Below are positions 7,715 through 15,588 of a stretch of 24,000 nt of DNA, piece after piece. Source of the stretch: an uncultured Bacteroidales bacterium (lineage in GTDB: Bacteria > Bacteroidota > Bacteroidia > Bacteroidales > Paludibacteraceae); NCBI GenBank assembly GCA_900316005.1, contig ONBH01000015.1:1-24000 (forward strand), given 5' to 3'. A program made the position numbers and the translations under genes. Below the pieces are notes generated by a model. It was not told the origin of the DNA, did no database searches, and worked only from the letters and a program-made list of their open reading frames with translations. Each line of letters opens with the position of its first letter. Position 1 is the stretch's first letter.

Positions 7715-8059
7715 ATGGAAACTTATTTTGAAGAACTGCCGATAGCCATTACGGTATCGGACCTCGAGGGCAATATTGTGGACATGAATCAGCGCTCGGC
7801 GGATGTCAATTCGCACGGCGAGAAGATTATCGGCCGTAACCTCTACGACTGCCACCCTCCACGCGCAGCAGAGATTCTTCGCAGCCTTTACCGCGAAGAA
7901 AAGAAAAACGTCTATACCATTGAGAAGAATGGAGTGAAAAAACTCATCTACCAGGTTCCCTGGTACAAAGACGGCAAGTTCAGCGGTCTAATAGAGCTGT
8001 CCATGGAAATTCCATTCGAGATGCCCCATTACGTCCGCCATCCCGCTCCTGCATCATGA
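7715..8059 (+). CDS. Stand-alone PAS-domain protein (114 aa), no output domain
   Basis: The pattern LPIAITVSDLEGNIVDMNQRSADVNSHGEKIIGRNLYDCHP...YTIEKNGVKKLIYQVPWYKDGKFSGLIELSMEI resembles a single PAS fold. It starts 17 nt after the folD stop. Confidence 0.6.
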   Translation: METYFEELPIAITVSDLEGNIVDMNQRSADVNSHGEKIIGRNLYDCHPPRAAEILRSLYREEKKNVYTIEKNGVKKLIYQVPWYKDGKFSGLIELSMEIPFEMPHYVRHPAPAS

Positions 8060-8074
8060 TTCTGTAGAAGAATC

Positions 8075-9022
8075 TCAGCGCAGAACATAGGTCTTGCGTA
8101 GCGACTCGAACGCATCGGGTTCCGCTTTCAGTTGGCGGCTGATGCGCTCGAGCCAATCTTTGCCCGTATCGCCATTTGAAGCGGTCACCGGAATGCTCAA
8201 TCTCGGCAAACCGAACGCCTCAGCTATACGGTCCAAACACATCTGGGTGGCATTGCGTTTGCCCTCCAACGAGTAACCCGCTATATGCATCGAGGCGCGC
8301 CAGGCATGCGCGAGAGTCTGCTTATCAATAGTAGGCTCATTCTCCCAGGTATCAATGACACAGTTGCGTTTGGCCATACGAATGGCCGCTTCGTCAACTA
8401 CCCCACCACGCGCAGCATTGACAATCAGCACGGTAGCTTTGGTCTTCGCCAAAAGCGATGTGTCGCACAGATGATAGGTCGGGTACTTGCCGTCGCGGGT
8501 CAGCGGAGTATGGAACGTGATAATATCACTATTGCAGGCAATTACATCAAGCGATACACCGATATTCTTGGGCGGGTCGCATAGTAGCACATTCATTCCG
8601 CGCCGTTCCGCCATTTGCGCCACAAGGCTTCCCACATGCCCCACCCCCACAACACCGATCGTTAAGGGCTTGGGACACCGTAAATCAAACTGTTCATATT
8701 CCTCCAAAACCTCGCGTACGTAGTCACAGACAGCCTGCGCATTGCAACCGGGGCAAGCACTCCAAGCTATGCCGGCTTCATCCAGATAATGCGTATCAAG
8801 ATGGTCAAAACCAATAGTAGCCGTGCAGACCAAGCGAACCATACTGCCGTCCAGCAATGCCTTATTAACCTGCGTACGCGTACGCACGACCAGCACATCG
8901 GCATTCCGTACTGCCTGCGGCGTGATGGCTTCGCCTTCCATAGCAACACATTCCACCTCCTGCCACGAGGCACGAACGGCCTCGGCCAGGAAGGGAATGG
9001 CTTTGTCAAAAACCAGTTTCAT
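8075..9022 (-). CDS. pdxB: 4-phosphoerythronate dehydrogenase-like D-2-hydroxyacid dehydrogenase
   Basis: The N-terminus MKLVFDKAIPFL..DVLVVRTRTQVNKALLDGSMVRLVCTATIGFDHLDTHYL..GIAWSACPGCNAQAV matches the PdxB pattern. It has a GVVGVGHVGS NAD fold. It starts 3 nt after the panC stop. Confidence 0.75.
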   Translation of the reverse strand: MKLVFDKAIPFLAEAVRASWQEVECVAMEGEAITPQAVRNADVLVVRTRTQVNKALLDGSMVRLVCTATIGFDHLDTHYLDEAGIAWSACPGCNAQAVCDYVREVLEEYEQFDLRCPKPLTIGVVGVGHVGSLVAQMAERRGMNVLLCDPPKNIGVSLDVIACNSDIITFHTPLTRDGKYPTYHLCDTSLLAKTKATVLIVNAARGGVVDEAAIRMAKRNCVIDTWENEPTIDKQTLAHAWRASMHIAGYSLEGKRNATQMCLDRIAEAFGLPRLSIPVTASNGDTGKDWLERISRQLKAEPDAFESLRKTYVLR

Positions 9023-9025
9023 GGT

Positions 9026-9886
9026 TCAATAACGGATATTATCTATCAGTCGCACGGGGCCGCAATAGACGGTGACGCAACCGATAGCATTGCTGAACGT
9101 ATCGGTCGGGCGAAGCGTGGTGCGGTCTACGATCTCGTAGTATTCCACCTCCAGCCCGTCAATGCCGTTGATGGCATCAATAACGCGCTGCTGTACGCCC
9201 TGTACCGTAGCACCCGCTTCTTTCGCCCACTGCTGCGACTCAAAGAGTACACGCGATATACCGACTGCCGTCTGTTTCTCGTCGGCCGACAGACGCTCAT
9301 TGCGGCTGGAACGCGCCAAGCCACTCTCCTCGCGCACGATGGGACAATCCACGATTTCCAACTTACCAAAGGTATCCTTTAGTGAGGAGCGCTCTACCAT
9401 ATGGTGGATGATACAGAGTTGCTGAAAGTCCTTCTCACCGAAATAAGCACGGTCAGGTCGTACCAGATAGAAAAGCCGACTAACCACCTGCACCACGCCG
9501 TTAAAATGGCCGGGACGCATCTTACCCTCCATAACTTCGTCCAGCCCGGCAAAGTCGAACTGGAAGGTATCCTTCATCTCATCGGCGGTGTACATCTCTT
9601 CGGGCGTGGGTGCAAACACATAGGTGGCACCTATCGACGAGAGCAACGCTGCATCGCGCTCCAGGTTACGGGGATACTTCAGGAGGTCTTCCTTATTGTT
9701 GAATTGCGTGGGATTGACAAAAACGGAAACAAACGTCACATCATTGTCTGCCACCGAACGCCTAACGAGGGACGCATGACCCTCATGTAAGGCTCCCATA
9801 GTGGGTACCAAACCGATAGTTTTTCCTTCCTTCTTGCAAGCCTCAACTTGGTTGAGGAGTTCTTGCTTTGTAGCTATAATTTGCAT
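9026..9886 (-). CDS. panC: Pantoate--beta-alanine ligase
   Basis: GLVPTMGALHEGHASLV (HIGH-like), VSVFVNPTQF and YFGEKDFQQ are classic PanC blocks. Confidence 0.95.
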   Translation of the reverse strand: MQIIATKQELLNQVEACKKEGKTIGLVPTMGALHEGHASLVRRSVADNDVTFVSVFVNPTQFNNKEDLLKYPRNLERDAALLSSIGATYVFAPTPEEMYTADEMKDTFQFDFAGLDEVMEGKMRPGHFNGVVQVVSRLFYLVRPDRAYFGEKDFQQLCIIHHMVERSSLKDTFGKLEIVDCPIVREESGLARSSRNERLSADEKQTAVGISRVLFESQQWAKEAGATVQGVQQRVIDAINGIDGLEVEYYEIVDRTTLRPTDTFSNAIGCVTVYCGPVRLIDNIRY

Positions 9887-9917
9887 CTCTAAAACGATTA
9901 TTTTCCAAAAAAACGTG

Positions 9918-9925
9918 CAAAATTA
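9918..9925 (-). promoter_or_regulatory. Bacteroidota -7 box TAATTTTG (minus strand) for panC-pdxB
   Basis: CAAAATTA on the plus strand equals TAATTTTG on the minus strand. It lies 31 nt upstream of the panC start and matches the Bacteroides TAnnTTTG consensus. Confidence 0.5.
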
Positions 9926-9988
9926 CAAAAAAAAGCAGAAAAAACGAAATTTTTTTGAAAAAATTATGGAAATATCATTTTTTTTTTG

Positions 9989-9996
9989 TAATTTTG
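9989..9996 (+). promoter_or_regulatory. Bacteroidota -7 box TAATTTTG for the GT5-like gene
   Basis: TAATTTTG lies 36 nt upstream of ATG 10033 and is preceded by a long T-tract. It is divergent from the panC promoter. Confidence 0.5.
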
Positions 9997-10032
9997 TAGC
10001 GGGAAATAATATACTACTAAAATCTGACGCTT

Positions 10033-10875
10033 ATGAAAGACCCGAAACGCATCCTATTTTTGGACCAAGAGATTTATCCGTATCTGCCAGAAGAAACACC
10101 CATCCGCATGCTCAATCGCAAGCTGCCGGAGTACTTTCAATCGAATGGATACGAGACTCGCACGTTTATGCCCAAGTTTGGTGAAATCAACGAGCGCCGG
10201 CATCAGTTACACGAAGTAATACGTTTGAGCGGAATGAATCTGATTATCAACGACGCCGACCACCCCTTGCTGCTCAAGGTTGCCAGCATACAGTCGGCAC
10301 GTATTCAGATTTATTTTATTGACAACGACGACTTCTTCCACCGCCGCAAGGGTATCGCTGACAGCGAGGGCGAGTATCCCGACAACGACGAACGCTGCAT
10401 CTTCTTCGCACGCGGTGCACTGGAGACGGTCAAAAAATTGCGTTGGACACCCGAAATTATTCATTGCTCGGGCTGGATGACAGCTTTGGCACCGCTGTAT
10501 ATCAAGAAGGCGTACGCCGACAACCCCTTCTTTGCTAACGCCAAAATTGTGATGTCCATTGACAACAATGCATACCAAACTCCCTTTGGAACAAAGTTTG
10601 CCAAGAAGTTGCTCATCGAGGGCGTACAACCTTATCATGTGCGTACGATTGACGGTTTCCCGATTGGTTACGAAGAGTTGATGCGTCTGGCTATCGACAA
10701 TGTGGACGCCATTACCTTCTCCGCACCCGATGTCAGCCAACGCCTCATCAATTATGCCGAGACAAGCGGCAAACCCATATTGAAATACCAAGACAATGAC
10801 CTGCAAGCATATTTGGATTTTTACAATAGTCTGCTTACTGGCAGCGCTAACGACGCTGACAAGTTGCGAGACTGA
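10033..10875 (+). CDS. Half-size glycogen/starch synthase-like protein (GT5 N-terminal domain only)
   Basis: 280 aa. The pattern RILFLDQEIYPY...GYETRTFMPKFG...IYFIDNDDFF...IIHCSGWMTALAPLY follows the GlgA N-terminal Rossmann domain. The KTGGL motif position reads EETPI, and the C-terminal domain is missing. Confidence 0.7.
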   Translation: MKDPKRILFLDQEIYPYLPEETPIRMLNRKLPEYFQSNGYETRTFMPKFGEINERRHQLHEVIRLSGMNLIINDADHPLLLKVASIQSARIQIYFIDNDDFFHRRKGIADSEGEYPDNDERCIFFARGALETVKKLRWTPEIIHCSGWMTALAPLYIKKAYADNPFFANAKIVMSIDNNAYQTPFGTKFAKKLLIEGVQPYHVRTIDGFPIGYEELMRLAIDNVDAITFSAPDVSQRLINYAETSGKPILKYQDNDLQAYLDFYNSLLTGSANDADKLRD

Positions 10876-12244
10876 TACCGAGAAAGCCGGAGCCGGCACA
10901 CTTATTCAAGGCGAAGATGTTGTCGTGCTGTCGGATACCATACGCAATATTCGGAGTTCTATCTCCCTGGCACCGCCTATCCTGACCAGTCCCGACTCAT
11001 TCTTGCTGGGCGAGTTGGCTACTGCTAATTTAGGATTGGTCAAGGCCGATATTCTCACCCAGTTTGCTGCTCCGGAAGGATTCCAATATCCCGACTCCAG
11101 CGAGTTGGATTCGGTGTGCATCTATATGAGCTATAGCTACTACGTTGGCGACGGCAAGAGTCCCTTGCGTATCACCGCCTATGTCCTCGATGGAGAGGTC
11201 ATGGAATACCAGGGCAAATACCTCTGCACCGAACCGGTCAGCCGCTTCTGCAGCATGGATGATAGTACACATGTCACGGCACAAGACGCCATCTTGGAAG
11301 CTGCCATCGGTACAGGCGATTCCATCACTCGATCCGATGGTTCTACCACATCCATACGCGTGCGCATGCGCCTTAACGACAATTACGCACGCAAAATATT
11401 TGCCATCAAGAAATTTGGCTCACAGCAGGATTTCAACAAACTCTTCAAGGGCCTCTATATCACCACCAACTTCGGTACGGGTACAATGCTTTATGTCGTT
11501 GATATTGCAATCGGCATACACTACCATTACTACTACCGCACCGAGACGGGCACCTACGCACGGCAGCGCGATACCAAATATTGGTACGCTAACGACGAGG
11601 TTCGCCGAATCAACCGCTACGACTACCACGATATCGTGGCAGTCGATGCTGCACTCCGCCAGGACTCATTCGTCAACTATATCACTTCACCCCTGGGATT
11701 CTACACACGTCTTACCATTCCGATGAAGGAGATACGCGAACAGGTTCTCGAGCGCGTAGGCGGCAAACGGCCATACGTCAACCTGGCTAACCTGCGTATT
11801 GATATCCTCAACCACGACTCAGAAAAGACCTTTGCGGAAGACTGGGGAGCACCGGCACCGACGATGCTACTGATCAAGGAGGACGCTTTTGACCGTTTCT
11901 TCTACGAGGATGCTGTCGTCTCCGATACCTGCGCCATGTACTCTGAAACGTATCAGGAGACCGACTCTGTGACGGCTTTAAAGCGCTATTACTACAAGTT
12001 CAGCATGGCTTCACTCCTGACACAATACCTGCGCGACACCGTGGGCAACCTCGCCGACACGCTCCAGATGCTCATGGTACCGGTTGATATTAAGACTGCC
12101 CAGACTTCGTCAAACACCTCCATCATCTCATCCATCACGCAGAAGCAAACCTGGACCATCACCAGCGTCCGAAGTTCTGTCGCGTCAGATGAACCGCTGG
12201 ATATTGAGATAGTCTATTCCGGTTTCTCAAACGTATCGCTCTAA
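10796..12244 (+). CDS. DUF4270-like lipoprotein
   Basis: MTCKHIWIFTIVCLLAALTTLTSC is a lipoprotein signal peptide with a lipobox Cys. The 482-aa body is Tyr-rich. Placement directly after the GT5-like gene next to panC is the arrangement I associate with DUF4270. The only upstream Met forces an 80-nt overlap with the preceding gene. Confidence 0.65.
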   Translation: MTCKHIWIFTIVCLLAALTTLTSCETDTEKAGAGTLIQGEDVVVLSDTIRNIRSSISLAPPILTSPDSFLLGELATANLGLVKADILTQFAAPEGFQYPDSSELDSVCIYMSYSYYVGDGKSPLRITAYVLDGEVMEYQGKYLCTEPVSRFCSMDDSTHVTAQDAILEAAIGTGDSITRSDGSTTSIRVRMRLNDNYARKIFAIKKFGSQQDFNKLFKGLYITTNFGTGTMLYVVDIAIGIHYHYYYRTETGTYARQRDTKYWYANDEVRRINRYDYHDIVAVDAALRQDSFVNYITSPLGFYTRLTIPMKEIREQVLERVGGKRPYVNLANLRIDILNHDSEKTFAEDWGAPAPTMLLIKEDAFDRFFYEDAVVSDTCAMYSETYQETDSVTALKRYYYKFSMASLLTQYLRDTVGNLADTLQMLMVPVDIKTAQTSSNTSIISSITQKQTWTITSVRSSVASDEPLDIEIVYSGFSNVSL

Positions 12245-12275
12245 AGTCTTACTTTACATCGTAATGACATAAATA

Positions 12276-12308
12276 AATCCGCCTCCATTCGGGGGCGGAT
12301 TCATTTTT
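12276..12308. terminator. Bidirectional rho-independent terminator between the DUF4270-like gene and gcvH
   Basis: AATCCGCCTCC / GGGGGCGGATT forms an 11-bp stem (one G-U pair) with a 4-nt loop. It is followed by CATTTTTCC on the plus strand and TTATTTAT on the minus strand. Confidence 0.75.
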
Positions 12309-12322
12309 CCGATAAACTTGTA

Positions 12323-12697
12323 TTAAAGGATTGCTTGGTAAGCCTCAGCTGACAGCAGGCTGTCGAGCTCAGCAGCATCCTTCACGGCGATCTTAATCAT
12401 CCAACCTTCGCCATAGGGATCGTTGTTGACGAGTTCGGGCTGGTCGTTGAGAGCCTCATTGACTTCCAGTACTTCGCCGGTTACAGGCATATTCAGGTCG
12501 CTGACGGTCTTGACTGCCTCTACGCTACCAAAGACTTCGTTCTGACCAATGGTCTCGCCTACGGTATCGATGTCAACAAATACGATCTCGCCCAATTCTG
12601 ATTGAGCATAATCGGTAATACCAACATAAGCCACTTCGCCTTCTACGCGAATCCACTCATGGTCGTTGGTGTACTTCAGATTGCTTGGAAAATTCAT
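12323..12697 (-). CDS. gcvH: Glycine cleavage system protein H
   Basis: 124 aa. [18 protein letters not shown] and the lipoyl-lysine block [14 protein letters not shown] are present. Confidence 0.95.
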   Translation of the reverse strand: MNFPSNLKYTNDHEWIRVEGEVAYVGITDYAQSELGEIVFVDIDTVGETIGQNEVFGSVEAVKTVSDLNMPVTGEVLEVNEALNDQPELVNNDPYGEGWMIKIAVKDAAELDSLLSAEAYQAIL

Positions 12698-12721
12698 GAT
12701 ATACGTTTTTTAGTTAAACTA

Positions 12722-14530
12722 TTATTTCGTCAGTTGTTGTTCGCCCAGAATCGACATTGCGCAGCGGAAACCGATTGTGCAACTGCTGTTGTTCTGCTCG
12801 GTAAAGCGACGCGACGAGGGACTCAGCCAGTAGATACGATCACGCCACGAACCACCCTTATATACGCGAGCGGTCTTGCTCGGGTGCGGTGCCAATACAT
12901 CCGTCGGGTCTTTCTTGAAGCCCAACTCGTTCCAAGCCTCATCGTACATCTCTTGATATACAGAATCCATCTGTTCGCGGGTCAGGAACTCGCCCGTCAG
13001 GCTGTCAGTAAGGTGATAAATCGAGTCAATCGTATTCTCCGTCAGCACTTCGGGGAACAAGGGATAGTCAGTCGTGATGCGAGAAGGCAGGTCACCATCC
13101 TTATAGTCACGCTTATCATCCAGCGAGTCGTTGTAGTAAATTGAGATGCAACCCAGTGAATCAAGCTTGTAGTTGCCATCAGCATCACGGAAAGGCTTGC
13201 TATAGATATTACCACGGAAGGAGTTGTACTCCGATACCTCTTCGTAGCTGGTCTCACGATATACATCCATTACCCACTCATTCACATTACCGGCCATGTT
13301 ATACAGACCGAAATCGTTCGGCAGGAAGGCATCCACCGGCGCCGTGATCACATAGTTATCGTTCAGCGCTCCGCTGGTACCCATCATGTCGCCTCGTCCG
13401 CGAACGAAGTTGGCTTGCATGCGGCCGATATTCTTCTTACTGAGGTCACGCGGATGGTAACCCGACCACGGATAAATCTTACCCTCTATGGTCAGTCCGT
13501 TCTCATCAGCTACCGGTGCATAGGCGGCAAACTCCCACTCTGCCTCGGTCGGCAGACGATAGCCAACCACCAGAATACCATCGGCACTATTGACCTTACG
13601 AACCTCACCATAGGCATCGGTACGCGGGTGTTTACCCATCATGGGGTTGTAGTCCTTGATATAGAGGTATTTCTCGGTATTGAAGATGAAGTGGTCACGG
13701 ATATATTCATACGGCACCGCCATTACGGGTACGCTGTCCGGCGTTTCCTCGCCTTCTTCCAAGTCCGGTGCTATACCGCGTTGATCGGCATCGGCATAAG
13801 TAATCTTAATGACATCCATCTTGTATAGACGACGCAACTTCACATCAAAGCCAAGGTTGTCGTCCAATACATACCAGTCATTCTCAATAGCCTCGCCATT
13901 CTCGTCCTCCTGGCCGTCTTCGACATAGGCATACAGACGGTGAATCTCCTGGAAATCAGGATACATCAACGCACCGGCTTCTACCAACATGCGCTCATTG
14001 ACGCGGTCCGTACGCCATTGGCAATACGTCATAGCCTGCTTCCACGAAACACCAACTACCGGGTAGAAACTATACGCCGGGTGACGATAGTAATAACCCA
14101 GATAGGGCTCGTTGTAAGCCAACTCCTCGCGCCATACGGTCGTATCCGGACGGCAAGCTTGCACCAACTCCGGAGCCACGCGACCGAACACCATCGTCAT
14201 CCAGTGCTCGTACTCGCGCCAGTTCATGTTCGTAATCTCGTATTTATCCATCCAAAACGAGCTTACTGTCAGGCTTCGCGTCGGATTATTACGTGGAGCG
14301 GTCAGGAACTCATCACGCTCACCAATGGTAAAGGTACCACCTTCGATAGCTACCATGCCAAAGGGCGCACCCGTCTGGGTTCCCTCTAACGCCTCAAAGT
14401 TGGTCGTGTTTTTGTCATAGTAATTCCAACCCGTTACGTTGGATACTTTTGTGTTCAGTTCACGCTTCGCGCAAGACGCACTGAGAGCGATTACAGCTAC
14501 GCAGATGACAATGTTTAATACGTTTTTCAT
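12722..14530 (-). CDS. GldJ/PorK-family lipoprotein (FGE-sulfatase / SUMF1-like domain)
   Basis: The lipoprotein signal is MKNVLNIVICVAVIALSASC. The blocks TGWNYYDK..FGMVAIEGGTFTIG..FWMDKYEITN..W..PVVGVSW..A..YC.W, YRLPTEAEWEFAA, NMAGNVNEW and YKGGSW..R are the FGE-sulfatase fold as found in GldJ/GldK. The length (602 aa) is closer to GldJ than to PorK. Confidence 0.65.
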   Translation of the reverse strand: MKNVLNIVICVAVIALSASCAKRELNTKVSNVTGWNYYDKNTTNFEALEGTQTGAPFGMVAIEGGTFTIGERDEFLTAPRNNPTRSLTVSSFWMDKYEITNMNWREYEHWMTMVFGRVAPELVQACRPDTTVWREELAYNEPYLGYYYRHPAYSFYPVVGVSWKQAMTYCQWRTDRVNERMLVEAGALMYPDFQEIHRLYAYVEDGQEDENGEAIENDWYVLDDNLGFDVKLRRLYKMDVIKITYADADQRGIAPDLEEGEETPDSVPVMAVPYEYIRDHFIFNTEKYLYIKDYNPMMGKHPRTDAYGEVRKVNSADGILVVGYRLPTEAEWEFAAYAPVADENGLTIEGKIYPWSGYHPRDLSKKNIGRMQANFVRGRGDMMGTSGALNDNYVITAPVDAFLPNDFGLYNMAGNVNEWVMDVYRETSYEEVSEYNSFRGNIYSKPFRDADGNYKLDSLGCISIYYNDSLDDKRDYKDGDLPSRITTDYPLFPEVLTENTIDSIYHLTDSLTGEFLTREQMDSVYQEMYDEAWNELGFKKDPTDVLAPHPSKTARVYKGGSWRDRIYWLSPSSRRFTEQNNSSCTIGFRCAMSILGEQQLTK

Positions 14531-14564
14531 ATATCAATGATTGTTCGATTTCAAATTCAGCCTG

Positions 14565-14572
14565 CAAAGATA
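14565..14572 (-). promoter_or_regulatory. -7 box TATCTTTG (minus strand) for the GldJ-like/gcvH unit
   Basis: CAAAGATA on the plus strand lies 34 nt upstream of the minus-strand start at 14530. Confidence 0.5.
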
Positions 14573-14600
14573 CAAAAAAAAGTTGATATATGCTAACATT

Positions 14601-14673
14601 TCTGCAAAAATCTTCAAAAAAATCGTGTTTTCTTGAAAAAAAATGCATTTTCTTGAAAAAAATCACGATTTTT
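14601..14673. repeat. Phased A-tract repeats TCT(T/G)(C/G)AAAAA(AA) at 14601, 14611, 14631 and 14651, plus a 10-bp inverted repeat (14618-14627 / 14664-14673)
   Basis: Read directly from the sequence. Three TCTTSAAAAAAA copies sit at exact 20-bp spacing, with a fourth related copy 10 bp upstream. AAAAATCGTG and CACGATTTTT are reverse complements of each other. Confidence 0.8.
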
Positions 14674-14697
14674 GTGTGTTATTTGCCATTTTTTTTG

Positions 14698-14705
14698 TAT
14701 CTTTG
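14698..14705 (+). promoter_or_regulatory. -7 box TATCTTTG for folP-cdaA(-metG)
   Basis: TATCTTTG lies 19 nt upstream of ATG 14725. Confidence 0.5.
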
Positions 14706-14724
14706 CACCCTAAACTGATTGAAG

Positions 14725-15588
14725 ATGACACACACCCTACGAACCGAACACGGATGTATCGATTTAGAGCGTCCAAAAGTGATGGCGATTCTGAATATGA
14801 CGCCGGATAGTTTCTGCCGTCGCTGCTCTTCCTCGGCTGAAGCTGACATCCTCGCGCAGGTATCACTCGCCATGCAGGGGGGCGCTGACATCATCGACAT
14901 CGGCGGATGCTCTACCCGACCCGGTAGCACACAGCCCGATGCGGACGAGGAATGGACACGCGTGGAACCCGCTCTGCGTGCCGTACGCCGTACATTCCCC
15001 GATGCCATCATCTCACTGGATACCTTCCGTGCGGATGTAGCAGAAAAAGCCATCGGTGAATGGGGAGTAGATATCATCAACGACATCTCCGGCGGCACCA
15101 TGGACACACGCATGGACGACGTCATCGCACGCGCGCATGTTCCTTATATTATTATGCACATGCGCGGAACACCGGCTACCATGCAAAACCTCACCGACTA
15201 CGACGACCTGCTCAGCCACCTCATTGACTTCTTCCAGCGCCGGCTTGATACCCTTTATAGCCGCTCTATCAGCGACGTAATCATCGACCCGGGATTCGGC
15301 TTTGCCAAGAACCTGCAGCAGAACTATCTTCTACTACGCAATATCCACACCTTGCGAATACTGCATGCGCCCATCTTAGTGGGACTTTCGCGCAAATCGA
15401 TGATTTATAACGCACTGAACTGCTCGCCCGAAGAAGCGCTCAACGGCACCACAGTCCTCAACACACTGGCGCTCAACGAGGGCGCTAACATCCTCCGCGT
15501 CCACGATGTAAAACAGGCTAAGGAGGCGGTTAGACTCTTTGAACTTTACAACGGAACGAATCCTGACAACATGCTATGCAGACCATAA
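14725..15588 (+). CDS. folP: Dihydropteroate synthase
   Basis: VMAILNMTPDSF, DIIDIGGCSTRPG, IISLDT, DIINDISGG and DPGFGFAK are DHPS pterin-binding blocks. The listed ORF starts at TTG 14719; I prefer ATG 14725. Confidence 0.9.
   Translation: MTHTLRTEHGCIDLERPKVMAILNMTPDSFCRRCSSSAEADILAQVSLAMQGGADIIDIGGCSTRPGSTQPDADEEWTRVEPALRAVRRTFPDAIISLDTFRADVAEKAIGEWGVDIINDISGGTMDTRMDDVIARAHVPYIIMHMRGTPATMQNLTDYDDLLSHLIDFFQRRLDTLYSRSISDVIIDPGFGFAKNLQQNYLLLRNIHTLRILHAPILVGLSRKSMIYNALNCSPEEALNGTTVLNTLALNEGANILRVHDVKQAKEAVRLFELYNGTNPDNMLCRP

Noticed and set aside
8058-8074. A small palindrome GATTCT-GTAGA-AGAATC between the convergent PAS and pdxB genes, considered as a bidirectional terminator.
   Set aside because: The stem is only 6 bp, is AT-rich and has no flanking T-tracts, so it is too weak to call. 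The 15-nt convergent gap may mean that transcripts overlap, but I cannot support a terminator from the sequence.
9801-10184. A 127-aa ORF spanning the panC start, the divergent promoter region and the start of the GT5-like gene.
   Set aside because: It runs through the A/T-tract promoter spacer (low-complexity KKKQKKRNFF) and overlaps two well-supported genes. It is not credible as coding sequence.
14601-14673. Regularly spaced short repeats, which might suggest a CRISPR array.
   Set aside because: The units are only about 12 nt long, are dominated by A-tracts and sit 20 bp apart with no spacer-sized unique segments. There are no cas genes in the window. They are better explained as phased A-tracts in a promoter region.
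14531-14724. A possible THF riboswitch upstream of folP, a glycine riboswitch upstream of gcvH (12698-12721), or leader RNAs upstream of metG and proS.
   Set aside because: The folP leader after the -7 box is only about 20 nt and is AT-rich with no conserved helices. The gcvH, metG and proS upstream gaps are 24, 25 and 42 nt, too short for these elements.
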